63,647 bases of DNA. Source: Octopus bimaculoides (Eukaryota). The notes beneath the pieces are model-generated. The model was not told the DNA's origin, made no database searches, and saw only the letters and a list, made by a program, of their open reading frames with translations. Below are positions 1 to 12,659 of this stretch, piece after piece. The translations under genes and the position numbers were made by a program. Where the stretch lies: positions 22,262,051 to 22,325,697 of the forward strand of contig NC_069001.1 of assembly GCF_001194135.2 (NCBI RefSeq), written 5' to 3'. The first letter of the stretch is position 1. Each line of letters begins with the position of its first letter.

Positions 1-158
1 CATAAATCATAGTTTTGAAATATCTATCTATAACACCATCAAAAGCGTGTTTATTTTTGTGTATTTTTATTTATTTATTTAGTGTTGCTAATATGTTTTG
101 CTAAAATTGCTGTTTCTTTCCTGATATCATCAGAAAAAGGTAATTGAAATTCATTAAA

Positions 159-1160
159 ATGACAGATCTATCGAACTTTCAAAGAGGCCAAATTGTTGGT
201 GCTAATATGGCAGGCACTAGCGTAACGAAAACAGCTGAAATGTTTCGTGTATCAAGAAGTACTGTCTTGAAAGTAATGACAGCCTTTGAGATAGAGGGAA
301 AAACCACCTTGTCGAAACAAAAGTCCGGAACAAAACCAAAACTTTCAGATAGGGACCGTCGAACTCTTACGCGAATTGTTAGAAAGGATCACAAAAGTAC
401 AGCTCCCAAAATTATAGCAGAGCTTAATGACCACCTCGAGAACCCAGTTTCCACAAAAACTATTTGCCAGGAGCTGCACAAAGCCGGATTTCACGGGATG
501 GCTGCAATCAGAAAACCAGTATTTTTAAAAATAAATGTTGCAAAGCGTTTAGAGTGGAGTAAAAACCTACAGAATTGGTCCCTATAGCAATGGAAGAATG
601 TTATTTTCTCGGATGAGTCAACCTTTACCGTATTTCCAACCACCCGCCGAGTATAAGTGTGGAGACAGCCAAAGGAAGCATTTGACCCAAACTGCCTTCT
701 TCCAACTGTTAAACATGGAGGAGGATCTGTGATGATCTGGGGGCTATATCTTGTTGGAAACCTGACGGCCCAATGGTTTCCCTTCATGGCAGAATTAATA
801 ATCAAGACCATTTAAGCCTTTTATCTGATCAAATTTATCCTATGGTTGCGGAACTGCTTCCCGAGAGAAACGCCACTTTTCAGGATGATAATGCACCAAT
901 TCTCACAGCTAAAGTTGTTACTGAATGGCACGAGGAACATTCCAGTGACGTTGAACATCTTATCTGACCACAAGTCCCCAGATCTCAATATTTATTGAAC
1001 ATTTATGGTGTATTTTAGAAAAACAAGTAAGGAGTCGATATCCTCCAAAGAACTGGAGACTGTTTTAGCTTAAGAATGGAAAAAAAAACCCTTTGGAAAC
1101 AATTCAAACTTTGTACGAGTCCATAGCTCGTAGAATTCAAGCTGTAATTACTGCCAAAGC
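159..1160 (+). pseudogene. Tc1-family transposase pseudogene (element truncated by the window start and by the N-gap at 1193)
   Basis: The ORF MTDLSNFQRGQIVG...VSRSTV...KSGTKPKLSDRDRRTL is a Tc1 paired-like HTH. After the TAG at 585 the frame continues QWKNVIFSDES...[14 protein letters not shown], then FQDDNAP, then a frameshifted SPDLNI..EHLW. This is the DD34E layout with stops and frameshifts. Confidence 0.92.
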
Positions 1161-1192
1161 GGTCCTACTCCATGTTAAAATGAATTTGTTTG

Positions 1193-1520
1193 NNNNNNNN
1201 NNNNNNNNNNNNNNNNNNNNNNNNNNNNNNNNNNNNNNNNNNNNNNNNNNNNNNNNNNNNNNNNNNNNNNNNNNNNNNNNNNNNNNNNNNNNNNNNNNNN
1301 NNNNNNNNNNNNNNNNNNNNNNNNNNNNNNNNNNNNNNNNNNNNNNNNNNNNNNNNNNNNNNNNNNNNNNNNNNNNNNNNNNNNNNNNNNNNNNNNNNNN
1401 NNNNNNNNNNNNNNNNNNNNNNNNNNNNNNNNNNNNNNNNNNNNNNNNNNNNNNNNNNNNNNNNNNNNNNNNNNNNNNNNNNNNNNNNNNNNNNNNNNNN
1501 NNNNNNNNNNNNNNNNNNNN
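1193..1520. other. Assembly gap (others: 3405-3414, 7531-7587, 27853-28032, 32770-32779, 33979-34233, 35143-35162, 46678-46839, 52127-52460)
   Basis: Runs of N, mostly next to microsatellites. Confidence 1.
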
Positions 1521-1521
1521 N

Positions 1522-1559
<38 letters not shown>

Positions 1560-3307
1560 TTTTATTCGAAATGGAAAGACTTCATAAACTGTTAGAGAAA
1601 TTATAAGTATTTACAAGTATACTTATATATACTTATTAAATTATTACATTGTTCTGGAATAGTCTGTGAAAGTCTTTTCAGCTGCAGTTGATTACTACTT
1701 TACTCTAGATTTGATATATAAATATATTTCCTCGACCTTGTTTTGCATCTATACTTCTCACGTGTCTGTACACACACATACATACGCATGCATGCATCCC
1801 ACCCCATATTCACATGGTTTGGTCAAAATAATGGAACCATTTTGTTGAGCACAAGTTTTATTAATTAATACAAATTTGGTCCATGCTTGGCAACCATCAG
1901 ATTTTAATTTGTCGAGAATTCACTCGTACAAGTTCTGAACAGTAATTAGGGAAATTTTAAGCCCGTCTGAATGTAAAATTTTTTTAAAGATTTTACATTC
2001 AGGGCGATGGCTGAGGGAAGATACTCTCATTCTAAATGTTCGATTATATAGAGATTCGGTGGTTGTGGGTTACAATCAAAGCGGTCTACTTTACTTTTGT
2101 GCACTTCGTATCAATTTTGAATAAAACTGATCGTGTGAATTGGAACATTCTCGTCCGTTTCAATATTCCACGGTCCCTCTCATTGAACGTTGCTTCAGTG
2201 CAAAATTATGCTTGCCAGAGTTGATTTTTCCCTTGGTTTTGAAATACTAACATGATTTTATACACTGTACTTCTGAAACATTAACAAATTCAGCGGTTTT
2301 AGTGACTCAAATTTCAGCCAACAATTTGGTCTCTTTGGAAATCAGATGGGCCACGCAATGTAGTTTATTCAAATAAAATATCTGATAAACACAAGGTGAG
2401 ATCATGACGTATAAGTCATATATAATGCACATGAACACACATACGCAAGCTAGAACAATTCTGAATTTGTTATGTTGCCAATAGAACCCACCACCTGCAG
2501 TTAAATAATAAGTGGTATTTTCATAACATTGTCCAGCCTTTGTATACATGTATATTCCTTTATGTATATGTATATATGTGTTTATGTATTTTGTGTGCAT
2601 GTATGTATATATATAAATGTATATATATATATATATAAACACCCACAGCGGAAACAGAAAAATAAATGAAAATATGTATTTCTTTCATTGCAGGAAAATG
2701 AATTTTTTCTGCACTTAAATAAATATATTAGTGTGTGTGTGTGTGTGTGTTTTAGAAAATAACTTTATATATATGTGTGTATATGTATAGTGGATATGCA
2801 CAATTGGTTCAATAGGGACAGGTACATAACAAAAATATAAAGTAATAAAGTATAGTCAGTAAAATACTACTGTGTGTGTCTGAGAGAGAGAGAGAGAGAG
2901 TTGGTAAGAGGTTTTTTTTAAAAAGGAACACTTCTTCCTTGGAAACTGCAGAAATTCTCTCCAACCATCTTCGGAGATTAATCTCAATAATACTTGCTCA
3001 GTGCCATTGTTTTATAGAAATTACAACAAACACTCCATGGGCAAACAACTTACACAATACATCTACAGTTATAAAACAACAAAAACGTCAATATTTACAA
3101 TAAGAACACATTGTCAGAAAACTAAGAAAAGTCCTTTCAAAGTTTTTTTGTTTGTTTGTTTAAGAACCAAACATCTTAACAAACGCCAGAAGCGTACACG
3201 TCCAGTAAATGGCAATGAAGTCACCAAACAACCATGTGTTTATGTACGTTATCCGATATACGCACAAGCTCATATGTATATATACGCACAACACACATAC
3301 AATTTAC

Positions 3308-3339
<32 letters not shown>

Positions 3340-4654
3340 ATACACACACACACATATTTATACCTACCTACCTACCTACATACATACATACATACATACA
3401 TACANNNNNNNNNNTATATATATAGATATATATATACACGCACACATGCACACACATCAACGACTGACATGGTGGAACAAACTTATTTTGATTAGTTCTC
3501 TTAGCTTGCTTCCGTTTCTCCCACACCTCTCCTCGTCTCTTCCTCTGATTTCATTGCCTTTCTTCCGTTCCTTACTCCTATCTAACCCGACATACAATAA
3601 CTTCCACCCCTTTTCTGACCCAATCGAACATAAAGCACATCATACTCCCAATCATACCACCCTGCCACCCTGCCAACCTCGCCATTAACATAAACCTTTT
3701 CTATTCTCAGTCATATAGAATAAATAGTGTCTGATTTAAGAAGTAATGGTTTTTCCCCCTGCGCTGATGAGGGCGCTTTTCTATTGTTATCTGTTAATGG
3801 GCGCATGTTTCTATTTTCAATAAAGATTGCAAACCACTTAAGATTTAAATAAAATGTAACTGCTACAAGCACCGGCCAATAAATATCTTCAGTAAGAAAT
3901 GCAGTTTTCAAATTTTTCTTCCATTCAAATGCTAATCAATAAAGAAGTTTTTGTGAGTGCAACACTGAGTGGTTTTCAGTGTCTGCATGTACACGTGTTA
4001 AATATAGCCATGCATAACTGTAAAGTGAACATCTATTTTAATATGTTTGCATGTGTGCAAAGAAATTTATGTGAAATCTGTGCATGCATTGTGTATGTGC
4101 ACATTATGCATGTATGCGGAATGTACGCGTGTATATACGTTTGTATGTATGCATATGTACGCATTTTTATGAGGTAATGTGCATAGATATGTCTGTGTAT
4201 CTGTACGTGTGGAATATGTCAGTATGTGTTACTCTTTCTGTGTGTGTGTGTGTGTGTGTCTATGTGTATCTGTGCGTACAGAATATGTTTGTGGAAGAGC
4301 ATGTTTATGTATGTCTCTACGCACTGTGTATGTGCACGTACATATGTCAGTGTTGCAATTGCTGATAAAATGCTGTTGAGTCCCAGACATTGTGTATACA
4401 AGGACTACACCATGCAATATCTTTTCACTTTTTTTTAAACGGTACAGTGTGATTTGGTGGAGATTTAGCTGCTACTAGTCCAGTGGCCACAAAATATTAA
4501 TGGCTAGTTTGGAAGTCAGTGCCAATGCGTGTGCAAGTGTGTTCATTGGTGTGTTTGTGAGCGCCTGCATGCGAATTTGTGTGTGTGTGTGCGCTTGTGT
4601 AGTATTACTTACTAAAATATTTCGCTTTAGCGAGACATTTAAAAAAAATAATAG

Positions 4655-4870
4655 GCGCAGGCGTGGCTGTGTGGTAAGAATCTTGCTTCCCAACCATATG
4701 GTTCCGGGTTCAATCCCACTGCGTGGTACCTTCGGTATTCAAATTCCGCCGAGGTCTCCTTTGCTGTTCATCCTTTCAATAAATTAAGTACCAGTCAAGC
4801 ACTAAGATCGATGTAATCGATTAGCCGCAACCTCGATATTTAAGTCCTCGTGCATATAGTTGAAAGGATT
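4655..4870 (+). mobile_element. Chimeric SINE: family-A tRNA-like head joined to a family-B body
   Basis: ggcgcaggcgtggctgtgtggtaagaa...ggttcaatccc (A/B-box-like) switches at about 4735 to ttcaaattccgccgaggtc...aattaagtaccag, the family-B sequence seen at 21201-21427. Confidence 0.75.
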
Positions 4871-4875
4871 ATTAA

Positions 4876-5010
4876 CCCTTTAGCAGTCAAACCAGTCATA
4901 TCAGGCTCAAATATCCTCCATTTTATGTTCAAACTGACCAAATCAGGCCTCTCATAACTACCACGATATGTCATTCTAAAAATAAGCAATCACATCATCG
5001 AAACAATCTG
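4876..5010 (+). mobile_element. Partial piggyBac-like MITE (TTAA|CCCTTTAGCA terminus)
   Basis: It has the same terminus and body as the complete copies at 19239-19458 and 43327-43549, and is truncated by a SINE at about 5020. Confidence 0.65.
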
Positions 5011-5019
5011 AATAAATAA

Positions 5020-5200
5020 GAGCAGGCGTGGCTGTTTTGCAAGAAGCTTGCTTCCAAGCCACATGGTTCCAGGTTCAGTCTCATAGCGTGGCACTTTGGG
5101 CAAATGTCTTCTATTATAGCCTCCATCCGACCAAAGCCTTGTGAATGGATCTGGTAGAGGGAAACGGAAAGAAGCTCGTCATACACACACACACACACAC
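5020..5200 (+). mobile_element. SINE family A, 5' half
   Basis: gcaggcgtggctgt...gcttgcttccaagccacatggttccaggttcagtc...ccaaagccttgtgaatggat...(CA)n. Confidence 0.85.
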
Positions 5201-5424
5201 ATATATATATATGTTTGTATGTATTGTTTTTCTATTTGGCGTGCAAGATTCTTTATGTGAATTCGTGTATTGAAGCATATCTTGTGTCTGGGAATAGTCA
5301 TTCTGTTGTAATGGTTATTAATTAGCATACTCACCTGTTCAATTTCCGCACATTTATTATTTTTTCTAAAATTTTTGTTGCTTCTTGCAAACTTTTCAAT
5401 AGTTGTTGACTCTGTTCGTTATCA

Positions 5425-5780
5425 GGACTGCGTTCCTTTTGATGTTGTAGAGGCCACAGCCCATATAGAACTAGCCCGAAGATTTAGGTAAGTTCTGAAG
5501 GAGACCAAACTCAACATTAAGATTGTTGAAAAGCCAGAGAGATCCATCAGATCACAGTTATGTAGGACGTACCCCTTTGAGAATACCACATGCACTAATG
5601 AAAATTGCAAGGTATCTAAGATTAACCCTGGCATTAACAGTAAAACTAGCAATGTAGTCTGCAGCATAAGGTGCATAGAGGGTGCTTGTAAAGACAGTGA
5701 CATAACATATAGTGTTGAGACATCTAGAAGTATTGCAGAGAGATTAAATGGACATTTGAGACAAAAAACAGTCCTCCATA
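5425..5780 (+). mobile_element. Penelope-like element fragment (linker plus start of GIY-YIG)
   Basis: Hand translation gives ELARRFR*VLKETKLNIKIVEKPERSIRSQLCRTYPFENTTCTNENCKVSKINPGINSKTSNVVCSIRCIEGACKDSDITYSVETSRSIAERLNGH. This is a PLE Cys-rich linker followed by a degenerate NVVY..C..C...Y.GET.R...R..EH motif. Confidence 0.75.
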
Positions 5781-6367
5781 CTCTACCAACATATATATAT
5801 ATATATGTATGTATATATATATTATATGCACACATGTTTGTGATATATCTCTATTTCTTCTTCTCTTTCTCCCAACTACAAGTGTGTAAGTGTTATTTAA
5901 AGGTTAAACAAATCATTTAGTACACACCATATAAAAGAACTCTCGGCTCTTTTAAAGACCAGCATACATATTTGTAAACATATTTTTATCTAACTACATA
6001 CCTCTCAATGAAACGTATTATATAGTATATTTCTGAATCTTAGTCGAGCACATTGTTTGATTTTCCATGTCCGTGTGAAGTCAATGACAGCAAACAGATC
6101 AGTGATGTAAGAACCCTTTATCATTCACATTTGCATTAAAATTATTAATTCCATACGGAAGTATTAAATAAAGTTTTATTAAATATTTGGAAATAGGCAA
6201 TTACGTTTACTGTAAATACATAATTATGAGAATTAATGCAACAAATAAAAATGTAACCTGACATTTTAATGGCTCAATTAGCTTAATTATATGTGAGTGA
6301 CGATACATATTTATGTGTATGTGTTTCATTCTTCATATATATACACACATGTACATGCATATATGTA

Positions 6368-6404
<37 letters not shown>

Positions 6405-6417
6405 TAATGCATATCTT

Positions 6418-6625
6418 TTATCTTTTTCTTGTTTCATTCATTTGACTGCGGCCATGCTAGGGCACTACCTTCAAGGGTTTTAGTCGAACAAATTGACCCC
6501 AAGATTCTTTTAAATCCTAGTACCTATTTTATTGGTTCCTTTTGCCAAACTGCTATGTTACAGGGATGTAAACACACCAACACCGGTTGGTAAGTGATGG
6601 TAGGTAACAAACACAGACGCAAAGA
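6418..6625 (-). mobile_element. SINE family A, 3' half
   Basis: Reverse complement of the ...gatagaataagtac...cagcatggccgcagtcaaatgaatgaaacaag tail. Confidence 0.8.
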
Positions 6626-6669
6626 CACAGGGATATAGTTCATAGAAGACTCTGAGGAACCAGGACACC

Positions 6670-7290
6670 TTACAATACAATGACATGTAATTAGTCTCAT
6701 CAAGGTTGACAAATTCATGCACTTGGGCTTCATTGCTGACCAAACAATCAACTGCAAGTGCAACATTTGGTGTAGAAAAATCAACGTCAAGGTCAATCAC
6801 TATAACATGGTGAGACTGCTTTCTCAGTAAAAGTATCAAACAGTAAAAGTACCAAACAGAAGCAAGGAAAAGTATTGGCAAAGTCAGTATGTTGTAAGGG
6901 TAGCAAGCATATAACCTAAGTTGGGCTGAGATAAGCCATTTAGGGCATTCTAGATAACATGCAATTGCCGAGCACTGCAGATCATTCAGGTGGCTTGTAG
7001 AATGAAAGATTCACTTCTGGAAGAGACAGCAGCAGAGCAAAGGTTGATAAGAATAAGCAAATAGCAACAAACTGCAATATTTTGCCAAAGTTATCCAGGC
7101 TCAGAACTATTGTAGTTGTATTTTCGGGAGCTAGGTGTTCAATAAACATGCTTTTGAGCCCAAATGGCTAATATTGAGCATTGCCATTAAAGATTGGATG
7201 GAGAAGACATGGGCATACGTTACAAGACCCTAGTGTCCATGGAAGAGTGGAAGATGTGTTTCAGGCCTCCGACTATCATCTGTGAGGATG
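6670..7290 (+). mobile_element. Highly degenerate RTE-clade LINE 3' fragment
   Basis: Fragments KVDKFMHLGFIADQTINCKC, LQYFAKVIQAQNYC and IKDWMEKT resemble the RTE C-terminal motifs VDKFxYLGS, LxYFGHVxR and W..NI..W. Many stops are present. Confidence 0.55.
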
Positions 7291-7724
7291 GACATATTCT
7301 TTTATTCATTAATATGTATACACACCAGACCATGCAGTGCCCCCAAATTCCGTTTCTGAGACCAGCTCGAGGCCACTCTCCTCTGCTGCTCCATTGACCC
7401 AAATACAATTACAAAGGACTGCCCAAAGTGGTAGCATCTCACTGTCAAAACCAGATGGAAAATAACAGAAATCAAGAGACAGAAATCAAACATAGAAGAT
7501 GCTAAGAGTGTCTTGCACTCACCCCCCCCCNNNNNNNNNNNNNNNNNNNNNNNNNNNNNNNNNNNNNNNNNNNNNNNNNNNNNNNNNCCCTATGAAAATG
7601 CCCCCTGGTTCTTCTATATTTCCCTTGGCCTGAACGACTATCTCAGGCACTGGTACCCTTTGCACTTGTCAGGATGAAGAGGCTCAATCACTCATTACAG
7701 ATTAACTACTTGGATATGAATTGA

Positions 7725-7940
7725 TGAGGAAGTACTGAAAAGTTTCTGGCTTTAAGGGTATCCCAGTAAGGCCTAGTAGGTGGCCCAACCTCCGCAGTTC
7801 TTTTAGAAGACTTAGAAAACTGAAGGACAGCTGCAATAAGTGTGTGAATCGGAGAGGGGAATATGTTGAATAAAAGCATAATTAACTGATCCTCTTGTAT
7901 TTTCTTTTACTCAAAGTCAGGAACTTTTCAGCACCCCTCA
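7725..7940 (+). mobile_element. Mariner-derived MITE (about 215 bp)
   Basis: TIRs tgaggaagtactgaaaagtttctggcttt and aaagtcaggaacttttcagcacccctca|ta. The interior encodes a mariner C-terminus remnant (KLKDSCNKCVNRRGEYVE*). Confidence 0.75.
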
Positions 7941-7981
7941 TATGTATATATGTATGTATACTCATGTTGTCCTTTCTATCA

Positions 7982-8022
<41 letters not shown>

Positions 8023-8159
8023 CACATATATCACTGACAAAAGAACTTTTAGATGTCAGGCTCTTTTATTATTTATGTTTGTAAGGCAACAAGCAGGCAG
8101 AATTATTAACACTCTGATAACTTTGTGGTATTTGTTCTGACTCTTTATGCTTGAAGATC

Positions 8160-8890
8160 AAATACCACCGAGGTCAACTTTACCTTTCATCCTTCTGGGT
8201 TCGATGAAATATGTACCAGCTGAGCACTGGCATCAATGTAAATAACTTCCCCGTCTCTTCACAGTTGCTGGCCTTTTACCAAAATTACAAAGAATTATTT
8301 ATGTTTGTGAGATTAATGTGCTACTGAACATATAAAATATTTAATAAAATCTCTTTATAGTCAATAGGAAAGCATATATCTCTGTTAACTTCTGATAAAA
8401 TTAAATTCTAATCCTGCTTTGCGATTCAGTGGTTAATATCAACATTAAGAGAAAAAGTGGCAGAATCATTTTCACACTGGGAGAAATGCTTTGTGGCATT
8501 TCGTTTGACATTCTGTTCTGAGTTTAACTTCTGCCAAAGTTGACTTTGTCTTGCATCCTTTCAGGGTCCATAAAATAAGAGCCAGATGAGCACTGGGGTT
8601 GATGCAATTGACTTACTTGCTACCCCAAATTGCTGGCCTTGTGCCAAAATTTGAAACCTATATTAACATAAAGAATAAGGTGATGAGCTGGCAGAATCAT
8701 TAGCATTGCTAGACAAAATGGTTAGCAGCATTTCATCCATCTCCATGTTCTGAGTTCAACTTCTGCCAAGTCCGACTTTGCCTTTCATCTTCTGGAGTCA
8801 ATAAAACAAGTACTACTTGAGAACTGTGGGTCAATGTAATCAACTTAACCTCTCCCTTGAAATTGCTGGCCTTGTGCCAAAATTAGAAAC
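8160..8890 (+). mobile_element. Cluster of three SINE family B copies (about 8160-8295, 8455-8660, 8685-8890)
   Basis: Repeated gagctggcagaatc...gttctgagttcaacttctgcc...ctttcatc...aagtac...aaattgctggccttgtgccaaaatt. Confidence 0.8.
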
Positions 8891-9648
8891 ATTCAGCTGT
8901 ACATCCTGCTCCTCACCTCATAAAAATAACAAAAAAGGAAAAACATCTCTCCCATTTAGGCCCATTGTATTATAGTTTAGACAAGCTGACACCTCTGTTT
9001 TGTAATAAGCAATAGAGAGAAGTATAAACATGTATATATAATTTAGAGCAGTGGCTCCCAACCTCTTTATTTAAATTAGTTTTTCCGTGGACACTTTTTA
9101 ATATGATCATCCTTATGTATGTATATATATATATCTATATATATATATAATAACAATAGATGGAGCAAAACGCATATAAATAAAAGTTCCTTTAATTCCT
9201 ACACATGTTTCAAAATATATGTGAGATCCTCTTCAAAGAAGTAAGAGCTGCTGGAATTCCACATATATTCATCTTCAGGGAATCAACATATAAGAGCAAG
9301 ACAAATGCGAAATGATGAGGTAACTTACAAGCTAAGATGTTACATGGCCAAGTGACCGTTAGAACGCTTGTTTACATAGAGATATAAAGGAAGCAATAAT
9401 ATTATTCCATGGGCATTAGGAATAAGAAAGCTTGTTTACATAGAGTTATAAAGGGAGGGGGCTGTAAACGTAATGCTAAAGGGTTAAATTAAATGATTCA
9501 AATGGGGAAGGAAGGCAAAATAGATCACGGTAACGAAAGCTAAAAATTGTGAGCTAATTGCTAAGTCAAAAATGGAGGAAGGGAGAGAACTAAGGGAGTT
9601 CATCAAATTAAACATTATATATAAAATTTTGAATTTAGTTCACAAACA

Positions 9649-9814
9649 TAGGCACAGGAGTGGCTGTATGTGTAAGTAGCATCCTTACCAACCACATGGT
9701 TCTGGGTGCAGTCCCACTGCGTGGCACCTTGGGCAAGTGTGTTCTACTATAGCCTCAGGCCGACCAAAGCCTTGTGAGTGGATTTGGTAGACGGAAACTG
9801 GAAAAAGTCCATCG

Positions 9815-9855
<41 letters not shown>

Positions 9856-10066
9856 TGTATATGTTTGTGTGTCTATTTGTTCCTCCCAGCATCGCATGAC
9901 AACAGATGCTGGTGTGTTTGTGTCCCCATAACTTAGCAGTTTGGCAAAATAGACCGATAGAATAAGTACTAGGCTTACAAAGAATAAGCTCTAGGGTTGA
10001 TTTGCTCAGACTATAAAGGTGGTGCTCCAGCATGGCTGCAGTCAAATGACTGAAACAAGTAAAAAC
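9649..10066 (+). mobile_element. Full-length SINE family A
   Basis: tRNA-like head (tggctgtatgt...gggtgcagtccc), internal (TA)n, and tail ...cagcatggctgcagtcaaatgactgaaacaagtaaaa. Confidence 0.9.
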
Positions 10067-10249
10067 AAACAAAGGAGACTGCACCAAGTGGTGTCAGATG
10101 CAGACCACAAGAAGTCCAAGGACCACACGTTGGTAACTTCTAATTTAGAGTGATATTGTGATTTAAAGTATTCTAAAGAAGAATAACTATTTACTGTACT
10201 TCCAAAAGTCTAATACTTATCATCCTTCGGGTAGAGTCATTGGTGCACT

Positions 10250-10430
10250 GGGTGAAATGCTTAGCAACATTTCATTTATCTTTATGTTCTGAGTTCTCAG
10301 TCTACCAAGGTTGACTTTGCCTTTCATCCTTTTGGGGTTGATAAAATATGTACTATTTGAGCACTGAGGTCGATGTTATTAACTTACCCCATTTCCCAAA
10401 AATGCTGGCCTTGTACTAAAATTTCAAACC
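10250..10430 (+). mobile_element. SINE family B
   Basis: gggtgaaatgcttagcaacatttc...gttctgagttc...gactttgcctttcatccttttggggttgataaaat. Confidence 0.75.
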
Positions 10431-10559
10431 AATATTTATCGTGGTCTATATTAGGGTATTCACTGTGCTAAACCAGAAATTTTAACTGAAATGTAAACAT
10501 TCATTCTAGTTTAAGAAAGTATAAATAGAACTGTAGTTTAGAAATATTTATAAATAGAT

Positions 10560-11090
10560 GCACATGTGGCTCTGTGGTAAGAATTTTGCTTCCCAGCCAC
10601 ATGATTTTGGGTTCAGCCCCACTGTTGGGCACTATGGGCAAGTGTTTTCTGCTGTAGCTCTGAGCTGACCAAAGCCTTGTGAGTGGATTTGTGAAACAAA
10701 CTGATAAATGTCTGTTGTATATATCTGTGTGTGTGTGTGTGTGTGTTGTGCGTGTGTGTGTGTTGTGTGTGTGTGTGTGAGTGCGTGAGTGTGTTGGGTG
10801 AGTGTTGTGTGTGCGTTTTGTGTGTGTGTGTGTGTGTCTGTGTGTGTGTGTGTGTGTCCTTGTCTTGGTAATTGTTAGATAGTTGCAAATGATTGTCTCC
10901 ATTAAACAAACTATATTATTCCTTTCCAACATTTGGTGAAAACATAACTTGTGACAGGAAATATTACCTTGCATGGAAACATGGGAAGGGTGGCAACAGG
11001 AAGAGCATCTGGCTGTAGAAAATCTGCCGGAATAAACTCCATCTGACCCAAGCAAGCAAGGAAAGGTAGATGTTAAAACAATGATGATGA
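10560..11090 (+). mobile_element. SINE with family-A head and RTE-derived tail
   Basis: Family-A head, (GT)n, a distinct body, then ggcaacaggaagagcatctggctgtagaaaat...gatgttaaaacaatgatgatg, which matches the RTE 3' UTR at 30175-30315. Confidence 0.75.
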
Positions 11091-11989
11091 TGATGACGAT
11101 GACAACGACAGTGATTATGATGATGATGATGGTGATGATGATGACGATGACAACGACAGTGATGATGATGTTGATGGTTATGGCAACAGCGATGATGTCT
11201 ATGGTGATTTATTCTACTTTACAGATGTACAAACACTTGCAATACTATGAAGAAGTAAAACCCCCATTTTACTTAACAAAAGAATATACTTTCCCCATAC
11301 AAATGTCCTATAATCATGTTCTTCATTCCAGTGATATAAACATATTTAGAGAAAGTTTGATATTTTCTATACTTTTGAGAAATCTGAACATTTATTTTTC
11401 TTAAAAGAAATATAAACAACCAACATGCCATTTCCATCACCAATGTGATTCATAAGATGCCTTAATAATTCACCTTTATATTCTTTATCACTATTCTTCA
11501 GTGATATTTATTTTATCATCTTGAGTGGCTGAGAAATAAATCCATTTGGATTGGATGTTGATCTATAATAGTTGGAATTTCCAGTTGTTATAATACTTAT
11601 TTCCTACAGCTTAGTAATCTAAGTGATGTAAAATTAAGTATACTTCTGCGAAATATGCAATGAAATGCCTGCAGCAGAATTTAACCTGACCTATCAGCCA
11701 ATAATTCTACATCATATTGGTTGAACCAGTCTGCTTCTATACTAGTTGAGCTTCCAGTTGTGAATTTTGTCCGTTCAGCCAGTTTGCTCTTAAAACTCAT
11801 TGCATATCTTATTGTAATCAGAAGTATTTGTCAGCAGCTGATTATTTCTATTTTCTTTATTTGAAGTCGGGTAAACTAGGAAGTTGTGGCATTAATACAT
11901 TTCCTAATGACATTAAGAATATATGAGCCAATGACTGGGCATCTACAGTGTCAGTTTGTTCAAAATACCAACCAAATCTCCATCAATTC

Positions 11990-12006
11990 ATATCCTGCAT
12001 CATCAT

Positions 12007-12047
<41 letters not shown>

Positions 12048-12235
12048 GCATTTAATGTCTATTTTCCATACTGGCATGGGTTGGACAGCTTGACTGGCAA
12101 GGCCAGGGGCCACATCAGGTTCCACAGTCTGTTTTGGGTTAGTTTCAACAGCTGGATGCCATTCATAAAGCCAACCAGTTTACAAAGTGTACTGGGTGCT
12201 CTTTATGTGACACCATCACCAGTGCTTTTTACATG
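11990..12235 (-). mobile_element. RTE 3'-tail copy (short 5'-truncated LINE or SINE tail)
   Basis: (cat)n(cag)n followed by ttccatactggcatgggttggacag...cagctggatgcc, the same motif as 30175-30315. Confidence 0.7.
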
Positions 12236-12659
12236 GCATCAGCACCCACATCAATGTTTTTTTTTTTTTATGTGGCACTTTGGTGTTAGGATCTCGATTC
12301 TATTGTGGTGGTTAGGTCTTCTTAAGTACAGCAATGTACCAAATGCCCCATTCCTCTGTCATCTCTTTTATAATGGTCAGCATTTTGAGGTCAGCTTTCA
12401 ATACTTCATGCCATGTCTTCTTGGGTTGGATTGTTTCAAATTTCACTAATCAGTCTTTTAAATGTTTCTGTGGAAAAGTTTAGGTCTTGTTCAACATTAG
12501 TATCATAATATCTATATCACACGCATATTGATTGGATGAATTTTCCTTCACTGTTATGTCTGCTTATTTTTACACATTCATAGATACATACACACACACA
12601 CTCACATTGTCACACATTCACACAAACACATTCACAGATGCATACTTTAAATGATCAAC

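Noticed and set aside
3755-3810. gcgc-tgatgagg-gcgc mini-hairpin containing CTGATGA
   Set aside because: No downstream stem II or GAAA for a hammerhead and no box D for a snoRNA.
9045-9487. hAT-like start (cagtggctcccaacct) and piggyBac-like end (aatgctaaagggttaa), with an internal 25-bp direct repeat
   Set aside because: The termini do not match each other; these are probably unrelated fragments, and no element could be delimited.
9649-9730. tRNA-like A/B boxes (here and in other SINE heads)
   Set aside because: These are SINE heads with no cloverleaf; no true tRNA or rRNA gene was seen.
11081-11404. Poly-Met ORF
   Set aside because: It is the (GAT)n tail of an RTE-tailed SINE.
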